NCBI RefSeq assembly: GCF_025526975.1
Contig: NW_026515671.1
Location: 124,001 to 188,000, forward strand
DNA from: Fimicolochytrium jonesii
Taxonomy: Eukaryota
Length of the DNA stretch: 64,000 nucleotides
Direction: 5' to 3'
This document shows positions 1-12,713 of this stretch, one piece after another. Positions within the stretch are counted from its first letter, which is position 1, and every line of letters starts with the position of its first letter. Made by a program: the position numbers and the translations under genes. Under the pieces are notes generated by a model. It had not been told where the DNA came from and did not search any database. It saw only the letters and a list, made by a program, of their open reading frames with translations.

Positions 1-1189
1 CCGATGCGGCCAGGTATGAGTGGCTTCACGGCGGCGGCAGCGAATATAGGCACCCGCGCCGCTGCCACCCTTTGCAAGAAGGTGTTGACCGGGACCACCA
101 TATTTGGCAAAGGTCTCTTCCTACAGCCGTGCTATGTAATGACCTAACTGTCGAAGCCGAATTTCCGCCGTTCGTGTCAGCACATGTTCACTCACCATGA
201 AGAACGTATGAATGGCCAGACTTGTGCATACCTGCAAGTGCCCTGAGCCGGCGTGCCACGATGCGAGGTCCTTGATCCGCCCCTCGCTGTCTAATACGCA
301 GCCTTGAGCGAGCTGAGCGAAAACCCCGACAACGTCCGACGTGTGAGTGAATCCAGGGCGGAATTTCGCGCTTGGTTTAAGTCACTCACGTGACTCCACG
401 AGGGGGAGTATTTTGCAACGCGTCCGGGACAACATGCCTTCGTCGCGTCGACACCGACTTGCAGTATTGGGTCTTCAAGAACGTTCTGAATCTAATAAGC
501 GAGTCTGCCGTAGATACCACCGCAACGTCGGTGAAGCGTCAACAAGATCGAGCGACAAAACCGGCAGCATAGCAGTAACTCGCAGGCGGATATCGACGGC
601 CTTTTCCACCGAAGGCTGACCCACGGTCAAGCGTGGCGAAGCTTTCAGGTGGTTTCTAAACTGCATCTGTGGGTCATGAATGTACATGTACATGTCATGA
701 ATGTATAAATCCAATGGTTTTGCGCGAATTGTACTTCTCCTCACGAGTGGCCCGTCCCCACCTCAAAGACGCTGGAAAGCAGATATTGTCAAGGGATGTA
801 AAACGATATCCCACCCCGCATGCAGTCTTATGTAAGACCTAAATTATAGATATATATAGGGCCATTCGTGCCCGTAGTGAAATTATAAATACATCGTCCT
901 GCCCTAATCTATCACGTCATGCATCGATATATCTACATCGCCGGCTTTGGGACTCTTCGGCCGCTAGGCCAGATGTCCACGCATGTCCATCGTCCATCGT
1001 CCATGCTACTACGTACGTTGGACCGTAGACCCACACCTCCCTTCCCCATCCTCTATCTACAAGATTGTCCGGGTACGTCAACCCGCCTTACGCCAACCGC
1101 TTTACAGTCGAAGTACACCTGTCATACGATGGCGTATTTAGCCAAGCGGAGGATTCGACCCCGGCGTTTTTGTTGACGGTCTAGCGTCT

Positions 1190-2379
1190 TCATTCGATGT
1201 GATACGGGCAGCGCGAGCGCATGTTGTTGTGCCATGATGTGTATTGCGCTAGGATGTGGTCGTCTAAAAGAAAGGCGAGTCAGTCTTTGATACCGAGCGA
1301 CCGTCACCAGAGAAACGTCTCCTTACCGATATTCCTGTTACTCTTAATAAACACCACCTCATACGGATGCAACGACCGTCCGAAATACAAGTTCGGGAAG
1401 TTGACATCCTTCTGATTACACACCCTCTCGAAATCCTTAATCCCATGAAACGCGCTCATCACCGCATCCACCTGGTACCCCTTCTCATGAATCCTATCCG
1501 TGAACCTAATCTCTCCAGTGGTGATCGCCTCACTCAACTGCTTCGGGCAATCCATAGGCCCAATGGCCGCATCGTACCCGACCTGGTCGAACGCGAGCAG
1601 CATGGACTGGACGTGTTTGGGGAACCATTCGTCGCAATTGTAGGTTGTGCCGACCATTTTGACGGTGGACGACAGACGGGAGGTGAAGAGGTCGGCCCAG
1701 CAGGAGTGTTGGGCGTAGGTTGGGAGGAAAGGGCCGCGGACGGAGGCGTTTACTACGAGATACTTTATGTACGTCTTTTTGTAAACGTCGCGCATGCGTT
1801 CGACGCCTTGTTTGAAGGAGCCGAGGTCGTAGCAGGCTGGTTGGAATGCGTCTGATGAGAACAAGTCAGGAATAGAGAGGAGGCAGTTCAGCAGCACCTA
1901 CCGTTCTCCTTCTGCCAGACATAGATGTTAGGGTAGTGCTCCGGAATTGTGATATTGCTCGGTAACGGCGAGTTCAGCACAAACAGAATATCCACATTAG
2001 ACTGCAGCCCATGCTTCAAAAAGAACTCAATATTCTCGTTCTGAATCGGTCGAGTTCCCTTATAGGTCGGCTCCGGGTCGCCACTGCTCCTCACACCATC
2101 ATAATACACATACACCACCAGCGTATCCGGTCCCTTCGACCCCGCACCGACCGCCGCCTTGACGTTCGTCGCCAGCTCGTTTGTTCTCAGACGGATGGGA
2201 TGGTTTTGGGGGACGGAGTGGGAGAGGAGGTAGAGGGCAAGGAAGCCGAAGAGGGTAAAGAGGAGGTAGGTGATGCGGCGGCGGGGTGGGGAGCGTTTGC
2301 TTGGGGAGAGGGCGTGGTCCCGGTCGTCGTTGGAGTTTCGACGGTTGTGTAGGGGGATGTAGGTCCGTAAGCGATTCAT
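1190..2379 (-). CDS. Type II membrane putative glycosyltransferase (RgpF/rhamnan-synthesis-like motifs), 3 exons
   Basis: N-terminal TM (ITYLLFTLFGFLALYLLS). Spliced ORFs give ENx-CYDLG, NASVRGPFLP, HVQSM and GEIRFT motifs. The last exon after the intron near 1264-1326 ends ...CPYHIE*. Confidence 0.65.
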
Positions 2380-3623
2380 TGTTTTGGTGGGTATGTGGGT
2401 TTAGCTGCCGAAGTGCGGGATGGGGTGTGGGTTTTTGGTCTGGGAAACGAGCACCACAGTTAGCGGCAGCAAGCCGACGGTATTCAGTAGAAGTAGCAGC
2501 AGACAAGTGCGAGCAGGGTCAGAATAGTATGTTCATATAGCAGTAAGATGAAGAGTGTGGGAGTCTTTCCTTGGTGGCGAAAAAGAAGGCTGGAAAAGGA
2601 GACGGTCAAGAATCGATGTCGAGCGAGACGCGCCAAAACGGCCGCAGAACATTGGCCGCAGGGGCGGAACGTCTCTCCTAACCCTACCTCGCGCACCTTC
2701 CGATATGGTATGAACATAGGACCCATCATCTCAAGTCGGCAACGGGGGTTGCAATTGGATGCTGGGAGGGTATATCATCGCACTTTGCCAGACTCCCGTA
2801 TGGGCGACCACCGGGCAACATACGCACATCGGCTCGCAGCTGAAGTTTCCCGCACAAGGATTCCTTCTCGACAAAGCTGCCCTGAAGTGCACACTTACCA
2901 GGCTGCCTATCGCTTATATGAATGATTTACATTCTCTATACGATATGCAGCAATCAAATGGAGCGTAAGGTCTCGAAATACACCTACAGTACATATTCAG
3001 TGTGCATGTTCCCATTACAGAGTTGTTTGGGTAGGGGACAGTCGCCAGTTCCACCATTCAGGAATGTGGTGGTGAGTGCTGACGTGATGAGAACCCATAC
3101 GAAGCAGTCACGGTCACCAATAATGAACATCATCATGTCTCAGCCTGCCCGCCACAAAATGCGCGCATGCATCATCCCAAATTCACTCCCCTAAGCAGTG
3201 ACGGCCCTCCACAAACTCCTACGCCGGTTTACGGTTTTCCCACGCCCCCATTGCACTTTATCGCAAATTACAGGACACACCAGCTTGCGAAAGCCCACAG
3301 CGCCTCAATCTCTCGAAGTGGAGCCGACGTCACTCCCTCTCACGCAGCAGGATACAGAGATTCCCTCGTCGCCTTCATTCGTTGCAGGAACTCGTCAATA
3401 TTTGGCCAGCACCAGTAATTCGACAGTCAATAGAGGAACCGTCGTGTCAAAAACTTCAGCCTACCTAGCCTACCTCGTCAACAAACCTTCAGTTCCCCAC
3501 GGAAGACATAACCGGGCGTGACTCGCAGATTGACGAGCGAAGGTATGTTTCGATGGTTCACGTTTCTGCCGTGATTTTCCCACGAGACCTTACCATTCTT
3601 CAAATTCAATAGCGGTCACGAAT

Positions 3624-5662
3624 ATGTTGACCAACTCGAAAGAAACCAAACCCACCTTCTTGGTCACACTCCCCGAAGAGCTCATCGAAGCAGTGCTGGC
3701 TCACTGCCATGACCCTTCTCGGCTCGTGAGAACATGCAAGCTGCTGCACACCATAGGCGCTCGACCGGGGATGCGGGCAAAGTGGTTCCTGCAGAAGTAT
3801 GGTCCGGCGGATGCAGTGCAGGGCTCGCTTAGATGGACAAAATTGCTCTCTGTAGAGGCTTTGGAGCTGGTATTCAAGTTCGTGCCCGTTGTTCCCAGGT
3901 ATGATATGCAATTCCTCGATTTCGTGGGAAATTGTACACATTTGATTAACCTTATCGACATCTGCAGATATGTCATCCAGAGGGCGCTCACCCGCTTCCA
4001 ACACACCAACCAAGCTCATCTGGTGGTACCGCTGCTCAAATACGGCCTAACCCACTACGACGATCTGTCGCTGCACAAAAACGATGGCCAGACGTTCAAA
4101 GAGCTCCTGCCCTATGCCTCCGGTCTGCATATTCACACACCTCCGTTCCTCACGGTTGCACGCCTGGAGACGATGGAGAAGCTGGTGATACAGTACAGAT
4201 TCGATGTCAATTTCTGCAAGTGGAATCCGACCACGGGGACGCCGTTGCTGTTCACCAATGAAGGTGTGTTATTATCAGATGATGACCTTCCAATGGGCGT
4301 TCAAGACATCATACTTACAATTCAACGCTTCAGGCTTTCGCGTATTCCTCACAGCGGTCGCCAGCGGCAACTCCATGCTGGTCAAGGCCCTGCTGAAACA
4401 CAAGATGGTTACGCATGTCCACCGCTTTATCAACCCGTACACAGGTTTATCGACCACTCCATTTGAAGTCATGACGCACTTGTTCGACGCGGGTCCGCAT
4501 TGGGAAGAAACGTTCTTCGCGCCGGAGTTGCGGACGTATTTGAGGAAGAGTGAGTGAAGTCTTCTCAGAGGCGAGAAGCATGGGAACGGAATCTTACACA
4601 TACTTCAATTACCATTGGTCCAGCCACGGAAGCACTTCTGCTCGCCACAAAGAACAAGCATCTCCACATCATGAAGCTCCTCCTAACGCACGATCTGGAC
4701 AGATGGGATACATCAGACGGAGTAGAAGTTCTCTCGGTACGCTCCATTGTCCTCGTCCATGTGATTCATCATCCATCGCTCACAATTTATACGCCTCACA
4801 GTGCTGCCTTCAACTCGCGGTGGACGAGTCCTTCGAGTTTGGCGTCGAGCTGCTCACGGAGTACTTAGGTGCCAACCCACCGCCGAAATCAGACCTCGCC
4901 CTCAAGAGAGCCCTGCGGCGTGCATGCCTCGACGGGGATCTCAAAGGCGTGAAGATGCTCATCAAGGAGGGGGCATCGTTCGAAAACATCCAGAACGACT
5001 TTGTGTTTGGGATGGATCCGTTGAAACATATCATTGCGTTGGAAAAGGCGGAGATCTTCCAGTACCTCATCAAGAACCTGGAATGGGATCGGGAACGGGT
5101 ACGTGAAACCATATCCCTGATCCATTTAGTTTACGCTCAGGCTAACATCCCCTCTCATATAACACAGCTCTCCCAACTCCTAACCTACGCCATCGACTGC
5201 AGCTCCTCCGACAGCGTCCGCTTCCTCCTCCGCCCCCGCGGCAACAAACAAATGCCCACCGTAACCGAACGCCACCTCCGCCGCTGCGTAGTCCACGCCA
5301 ACGCCGACCTGATGCCCATCCTCTTGCGCACCATCGAAAAACAGGTCCCGGATAAAGTCATCCCGGGCTTCAACGCCGTCCTCCGCCTTGCGCAACGCCG
5401 CGCTGTGATACAGACTCAAAGTAGGGTGCAGATTGTGCACTTGCTTGAGGAATATTTTGGGAGGGCCACGGAAAAGGCGAGGTCGTGGAAGGCGAAGACG
5501 GCGAAACGGAAGGGGTCGAGTGGGAGTACGGGGAGTAGCAGCAGTAAGGGCCGCGAGGCGGGGTTGGGAGTCGCGCCGAATTCAGGGGTGGTTAAGAAGA
5601 ATGTTGTGAGGAATACGATGACGTCGAGGCGGGCTAGTGAGGCGCAGAGTTCGCTGCAGTGA
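3624..5662 (+). CDS. Ankyrin-repeat protein with an N-terminal F-box-like segment (multi-exon)
   Basis: FLVTLPEELIEAVL (F-box-like). Ankyrin-like ALLLATKNKHLHIMKLLL and ALRRACLDGDLKGVKMLIKEGA. Overlapping ORFs are joined by GT-AG introns. Confidence 0.7.
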
Positions 5663-6321
5663 TGCGACGTCGAGCACTGTCATTATTCGTTGAAACAACC
5701 TTCTATGGTAGGACCTTTGTCGCATCTCGATACCTCCCCTGAACTTACGCACCACATCGCTAACAGCCTCTCCATCGCAGCCCACCTCCCATCACCCAAA
5801 CTCCACTCCCCCTCTGCCCCACGGCTTTGCATACCCTTATACCTATCTATGATTCCCCTCCCGCTATTCCGCCCTGTCCCCTAGATCCCATCCGCCACCC
5901 AAACTTCCGTACTTTCTTTGTCGTTTATGTATGTAGTTTTATATTTCGCTGATGATTTTGAAACATCATGCTTTTTGTTTTCTTTTCGGTTCAATTGAGA
6001 ACCTTTTTTTCTAACTCTCATCCCTTTTTGCTTGGGTACGTATTTGGGATGTTTGAGGAGAGGCGGGAGTTTTGTGCATATACCCTCCCAAAGACTTAAG
6101 TTTTCTTTTTGATTTCATCATTTTCTGTTTCGATTCCTCGTAGCTTATTCACCGTCTTTCAACCTTTTGGCGGAGTGACGTGAGCAGTCTCAGTCACGTG
6201 CAATAAACTAGTTTAACTCAAATTTAAATGCTCAGCTTACGCTCGGTCCTCATTCCCTGCTGCGAGATTGACGATTCTACAGAAGGCGCTTTCCAACAAC
6301 CGTTCTTAGAGAACCAGAACT

Positions 6322-6880
6322 ATGAGCACGACGATCCCTACCATCGCCGCCGCCGCGGCCCGGAAGTAGACTGACGCACATTCCCCCGCAGTTTGAGTCA
6401 GAACGCCTCATCCTCCGCTGTCCGCGGTTGGCAATGCCGAGGAGCTCGTGAATGCCATACAAGCAAGCCGACCGGAACTACTTGCTTGGATGTCCTGGAC
6501 CCACGTCCGTCGCACTCTGGAAGATGCACAACAGTCCTTAGCGCGCGCCGAGAAGGCGTATATGGCGGGCGAGGACTTCCGGCGTCCAGATTTTCTGCAA
6601 GCAAACGGGTCGTCTTGTGGGCAGTTGCGGGGTTCCACCGTCTGAAGTGGGAGGTGCGCAGTGCGGATCTGGGCTCCTGGGTGCGTTCCGAGTACGCCGG
6701 GCAAGGGTACATCACGGAAGCGGTTCAACGTTTGACTCGGTTTGCACAAGAAGAGCGTGGGTTGGACCGGCGCGGCGGTGGCGAGGCGACTGGGTAAGTG
6801 TTTGAGGGAATCTTACGAAAGGATGCGATTGGGTGCAATAATGAACGGACTAAATACGATGGTGTTTTCCAAAGTGCGTG
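6322..6880 (+). pseudogene. Frameshifted RimJ/RimL-type GNAT N-acetyltransferase
   Basis: Pieces in different frames: FESERLILR / NAIQASRPELLAWMSW / GFHRLKWEVRSADLGSWVRSEYAGQGYITEAVQRL / ARRLG-VFEGILRKD. There are no clean introns at the frame breaks. Confidence 0.75.
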
Positions 6881-7251
6881 GGATTGACTATTGATGAACT
6901 GAGAGTGATTCTTCCAAATGTTGCGTACATAGACGGGGAGAATCGGGTGGTCGGATATGAAGAGTGTCGATGTGTGCATAAGTGGCTTTTCTGGACTTTA
7001 GGGGGGGATGTGCTGAGGAGTGTTGTCCTTCGATGAATTTGCTCCTCCGCCTTCCGCCGCGTCTGACGCACAACAACAGCCAGAGCAGCCCTCGCATAAA
7101 ACGCAGCTCAGCAGCACCAATCCACATACCCACGGGCCGCAGCCACCCCTCCGTCCGCTCTCGGCTCGTCTTCCCTGCTTGCAGCCTTGCTCAGACCGAA
7201 GCCAATCTTAGGCCTACAACTCTCCAACCCACAACTGATCACCCTCGCAAG

Positions 7252-8238
7252 ATGGCCAAAGGTAAGCAGGGAATTGGTGGAGAACGGGACTTTGAGTGTT
7301 GCGCCCAAGAGACGGCGGGGAAGCGCAACACCACTTCGGGGAGGCCGTCTTGACCCCCGCCGAGCTTGACAACTAGTCACCAGCTGTTCCTAACCCCAAC
7401 CTTCCCACCGCTTCCGAATCCATCCCCCATCCAGTCCCCCGCAATTTCCGCCTCCTCGAGGAACTCGAAAAGGGCGAAAAGGGAATCGGTGACGGCACGA
7501 CGAGCTATGGCCTTTCGGACGGCGACGACTTGATGATGTCGAATTGGAATGGGACTATTATTGGGCCAGGGCATGTGAGTTTTCGTAGCGGTATTTCCCT
7601 TTGTGACGATCTGTGTAGTTGGAGGCATGGCCGGCTACGAAGGGGGCAAAGGGGAGGGTCTACCTAGAGTGGATGGGAGGTGTTTCCTGAGGCGGAGCCG
7701 AGATATGCCGCTTGGATGCAGGGATGTTAGCTCCATGGGAAGTGAAAGCTCAAAACTGACCACCCACACCCCTCTCTGCCCTCCCGTAGACGATCCACGA
7801 AAACCGCATCTACAGTTTAAAGATCTTCTGCGGGCCCGAGTACCCCGACCGCCCGCCAACCATCTCCTTCTTGTCCAAGATCAACCTCCCGTGCGTCAAC
7901 CAGAAGTCCGGCAAGGTAAGGAGACACCAGCTATTCTGACATATACCATTTTCCATTTCTAAACCCCTTTTCTGATTTCCCTACGCGTTCACAGGTAGAG
8001 AAACTCGCATGCCTAGACAACTGGAAGAGGAGCTACACGCTGGAAACGGTGCTGGGCGAGCTTAGAAGGTAAGGATTTTTTCACCTTCGGTCGTAGATCC
8101 ACCAGGACTGCTCTTGGCTATTGCATTCCATCCCACGCGTACACGAGAATGCTAACTCAACCACTCTATGTACACAGGGAAATGGCCAACCCGTCAAACA
8201 GGAAACTCGCCCAGCCCGCCGAAAACAGTTATTTCTAA
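7252..8238 (+). CDS. MMS2: Ubiquitin-conjugating enzyme variant MMS2/UEV1, 5 exons
   Basis: Spliced [62 protein letters not shown]...QPAENSYF*. Introns 7262-7434, 7575-7789, 7916-7994, 8069-8177. Confidence 0.95.
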
Positions 8239-8690
8239 GCTTTCACTGTGCGCGTATTGCGTTGCGGGTTCCTCGTGCAGAGAAGGGGCTGTGCGAGGGC
8301 GTATGGAGAGGACATCCCGGGGTGTGCGGCGCGCGGCGTGTGGGGGGAGGTCGTGTCGTTGCATTGGCGGGTTGCGAATTTCATCGGGGAGGGCAGAGTC
8401 GACCGACACACACGAACCGAAAATTCAGCTCCCGACATCGCGTCTTCCTTGCAACTCTGCGTTTCGTCCCCTTCACACCCACCCTTCATCTGTACGTTGG
8501 TTTTGTATTTGGAGGGCAGATGCGGTGGTTTACCATGACATATACAGTACATATGCGAGTTGAAAACATGACATGCATTCGAACATCTGTCGTGAGTGCC
8601 TGCATCTAAGTACGAACAGCAAGCAGTGCGCAAATAATCATAACCCGAAAACAAAATACATACACAACGCCACGGGTATCCCCCCTCGCC

Positions 8691-11600
8691 CTAATCAATC
8701 AAATTCCAACTCTTCAACCACCACCGCCCCTTATACCCCATCGCCGGCGTATCAAACCCATACACAAAATCCTGAAAATACACGAAATTCACCACCACCA
8801 TCGCCAGCACCCCGCCCAGCACCGCCTGATGCACCACGGGGGGCAACACCCTCTTGCCGATATGGTCGACGATGAAGGCGAAGGTGAGGATGGCGAAGTA
8901 GAGGGCCGGGAAGTAATGGTGGAGGTAGGTGACGCGCCCCATGAGGAAGAAGGGGAGGTAGTGGAGGGCCCAGCCGCCGAACCCGACTTTTGCGGTAAAC
9001 CAAAAATCATCCCAGCTCTGGGGGCTGAAATCCCGGTAATGTCGTTTGGCTCTCACGGCGTAAACCAGACACGTGCCGAGGAACACGGCGAGACTCGCGG
9101 TCGAGCCCCACCAAACCACCGGATTGCCAATCAACCAATATTTGATGGAGGCGTCGCCCCACCCGCACATGCGGAGACCGACGAGGAGGAACGGCCATTG
9201 GTAGGGTTGGGAGGTTAGGGCGTCCGGTTCTTTGTCGGGGTCCGGGGTGAGGGCGTTGTTGGAGGTCCACATGGCGACGTTGAGATCGAGGAAGTCTTTT
9301 GTGAATTTGGAGCGGTAGGCGTTTTTGCCGCCTGGTTGGACTGTTTTATCAATGCAAAGTATGTCAACACCAAGGAGGGTTGAGATTTGTGAGGGATTTT
9401 TGTGATTTTGATTTTCCACTTACGCTTCTCATGCGAATGCTCCTCGATATTCCACCAATGGTTCCTACTATCATTATCCGCCTCCTTCTGGCACACCACC
9501 TCCGCCTGTTTGAAGCCCCACTGCGGCAGCGACACGGCGTGCGAGCGCAGGAGGCACCCGGAGTTGGAGTGGCGGAGACGGAAGCGGGTAGTGAGGGAGC
9601 GGATGCGGGTGGATTTTTTGTCAACGAGGTCCTTTGGTGGGCAGGATAGGGGATGGTTAGGGACGAAGGTTTGGGGAACGCACTGTTTGAGACGATGAAC
9701 TTACGTCAACGCGCTCGACCTTCCACAGATCGTTGCTGTCGCCTACGGTGGCGTTTCCATAACAGCTGACTTCGTTCTGCGATGTGGTGACCGGCGCTTT
9801 GACGTTGTGGCTGTGCAGATTGCGACCCGTTGGTTCATGGACTGCAGTAGATACGGTGCATGAAAGGACGAGTGAGTTGGCTTGACTCCCCCAACAGGTA
9901 CCTTCGCACCGGCCAAAAACATCTGGTGTCCCCTTCCATCGCGTCCGCATCCACCCCCATCCCGTAACGCCAATTCTCAAAACTCACCCAACCGCAAAAC
10001 ATCCCCATCCTTAACAAACTCCACCACCTCCGGGTCCCCCTCCTCCCCCCACGGCTTCGTCACAATCCACTCATTATTCGAGTCCTTATGATGGTAACAC
10101 GTGACCTGCTGCTGTTCTGATCCCGTGGGGTATCGCTGCACGTGCGAGTGCAGGAGACCTCCGCCGTGGCCGTTGTTTTTGAGTGAGATTTTGGAGCCGT
10201 AGGCTAACTCTGTGAGTGGGGTTCCCAGCGGTTAGCTTGGCAAGTAGAGGATGCGGCAGTTGAGTTGAGACCCACCAAGAGGGTTCTCATGGAAGTTGTT
10301 TCCTCTCAGCCCAGCCTGGAACAGTGAGCTCATCTGTGCGTCGCCCGGTCCGCTATGGTTCAGAACGGCAAAGTGGAGGACAAAGGAGAATGTGTAGACT
10401 GCCATTGGGGCTATGATTAGGCCGGCGATGCGGGCTATCCAGTGATTGGCGTAGGTTGCCTAGAGTGGGTGAGAGGCGAGGTTTAGGCTTTCTGATGGGG
10501 GAACGCGGGAATCGGTGAAGTGCTGCGTTCCGTACCGGTGACATTTTGAGGTCGCCTAGCATCTCCCAGAGTTCGTCTACGGTATGCTGCGTTTCAACGC
10601 GTGAGTCGAGTGCCGATGCGAGAAAAATCTCGTAGATTCTCCCTTTCCGAACTCACCAATCCAACCAAAGCGATGGCAAACAGCCCAACCCACTTCACGC
10701 TCAGCACGGTACCGAGCGACACCCCCGTGGCAAACAACCAAAAGTACCATTCCGGCGTAAACGGCTTCGTCCTTTGATGATTCCGAAACACCGTCAAGCA
10801 AAACACGCTCAAGACGGTGAAGAACAGCAACATGGAATCCAGCAAGATGAAGCGACTGATGCACGCCAGCGCGACATCAAACACTACCATCGTCCCCACC
10901 AACGCGCACGCCAACGGCGAAAGATGTAACTGGATCGCGGTCAGATACGACAACGGGACCATGCCTATCCCAAACAACGCGTTGGAGACCCGCATGATGG
11001 AGTAGTGCACTTCCGGCGGGTAGGTTGCGCCCGACTCGAACTCGAACCCGCCGTCGAACCCTGCTAGTAGCCCCGCAAAGCCATTGATCATCTTCCCCAG
11101 TGGTGGATGAACGTCGAAATAGAATGTCCGCTTCAGGTAGTGACCCGCGAATTTGCCGAAATGCGCTTCATCCCAGACGACATAGTTGGCCCAGCCGATC
11201 TTGTATAGCCGTGTGATGAAGGCGGCGAGTGTCAGGACGCCTAGTATGATCAGTTGTGTTTGGTCTGTTGGGATGACGGATACCTATTGGGTTGGAGATC
11301 ATGGTGAGATGGGAATTGCACATGATGTTGACCACAATTTTGTAAAGCGGCACACGCGTTCATCCAGTGTCCGTTGCCAGAACGACATGCTGCTCGCTAC
11401 CGCTCGCAAGGCACCTTCGAACGGTCCTATGGCCCAAGCATTGGCGCAATGCGCTCGTCTTGCTCGCGTCTCCTTAGCCAACCAATATTGCGCTTTCGGC
11501 TCTTTGCGCGCGCCAGCACAACAAGCCGCTGCCGCTCGTAGGACTCCGCCCTTCCTCTTTTCCCTACTTTCCTGCCTCCAACTCACCGATGTAACCGGTG

Positions 11601-11772
11601 CACTCCGCCTTACACCGTGTTGCTGCTGGTGGTGTGCAAGATGGTGCTTCCCACCGGCGCCCTTGAAGTCGACGTCCAACAAATTTGGGTCCGAGCCTGC
11701 CGACGGGAGGACTCCATCCTTCAAGTTTGGCCGTTTCCGCAGACCGGCGTCTGGTTGAGATAGATAGTCCAT
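8691..11772 (-). CDS. PMT2: Dolichyl-phosphate-mannose-protein O-mannosyltransferase (PMT2 subfamily), multi-exon
   Basis: [49 protein letters not shown]-domain LHSH motifs, [16 protein letters not shown]. Confidence 0.93.
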
Positions 11773-12074
11773 GGTGGCTACTGGTGATGTGAGACGGCCT
11801 CGTTGGAAATAGGCTCTCGGAGGCGCCCGGAAGTCCTTTTCTCCACTCCCAACGGAGGAGCCTCAGAGATCGTTCGACGGGAGAACCACGTAGCCGACGT
11901 TCCTTCCTCTCCAACTCTTACTCTCCTTTCTTTACTCTCGATACTGTCCTGCGAAAGCGAGAGCGAGTTGTGGGCACCTCAGTTTTGGTGTGGCCAGCGG
12001 CTTGATGTGATCGGGCGTGCGTGAAATTTGAAGAACATGGAGGTGTGCCGTCAATTGATTGCGCAGTCAGGGAT

Positions 12075-12293
12075 TGACTAGAAGTGGGTAACTCGCGCTA
12101 AATGTGAGTAATTCGGGTTAGGGTTAGACGTAGTTAGACAGTAGACCCTGATTGTAGGAGGCCGGGTAAGGCCGACTCACCGAAGGCAAAGGGGTTAGGT
12201 TTGTTAATCAAATGGTTCACTTTGGCTGTAAAAAAGTCTTATTCTTGGGGTGAGCTACCCACATTTAGCACGAGTTACCCATTCCTGTAGTCA
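12075..12293. mobile_element. MITE-like element with ~35 bp imperfect terminal inverted repeats and internal TTAGGG-like motifs
   Basis: Left tgactagaagtgggtaactcgcgctaaatgtgagta versus right tacccacatttagcacgagttacccattcctgtagtca (reverse complement nearly identical). No coding capacity. Confidence 0.75.
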
Positions 12294-12713
12294 CGCCCGC
12301 GCAGTCATCCCCAGTGACTCACGCACTCGCCCATTTCGACAGCGCGTGCACGTTGTTCTTGGCAAAGGCGGAGACGGAATCGAAGCAGACCCAGGGCTCA
12401 CTGCCCAGTAATCGCCCCCCAATGTTTATAATCGGCTCCCCATTCAGCCCGCGAATGAACGAAAAGTCACCTCGAATGAAGCTGAATCCCATTTCTATCA
12501 TGATATTGTTCAGCAGCAGCTTCCTCGTACGTCATAAGAATATATTTTAAAAACATCAGGTTCCTCCGTCCCTCCGATTTCAAAAGTCCGACTCCTATAT
12601 AATCAAGCCGACCTCCTCCGCGAGGCACCCCTTGGAAATTTGGAGCTACCAGGGAAAAGCCGGTGGTCGCAAAGAATCCATCACATCGCACTACCATCCG
12701 GCGCACAACAAAG

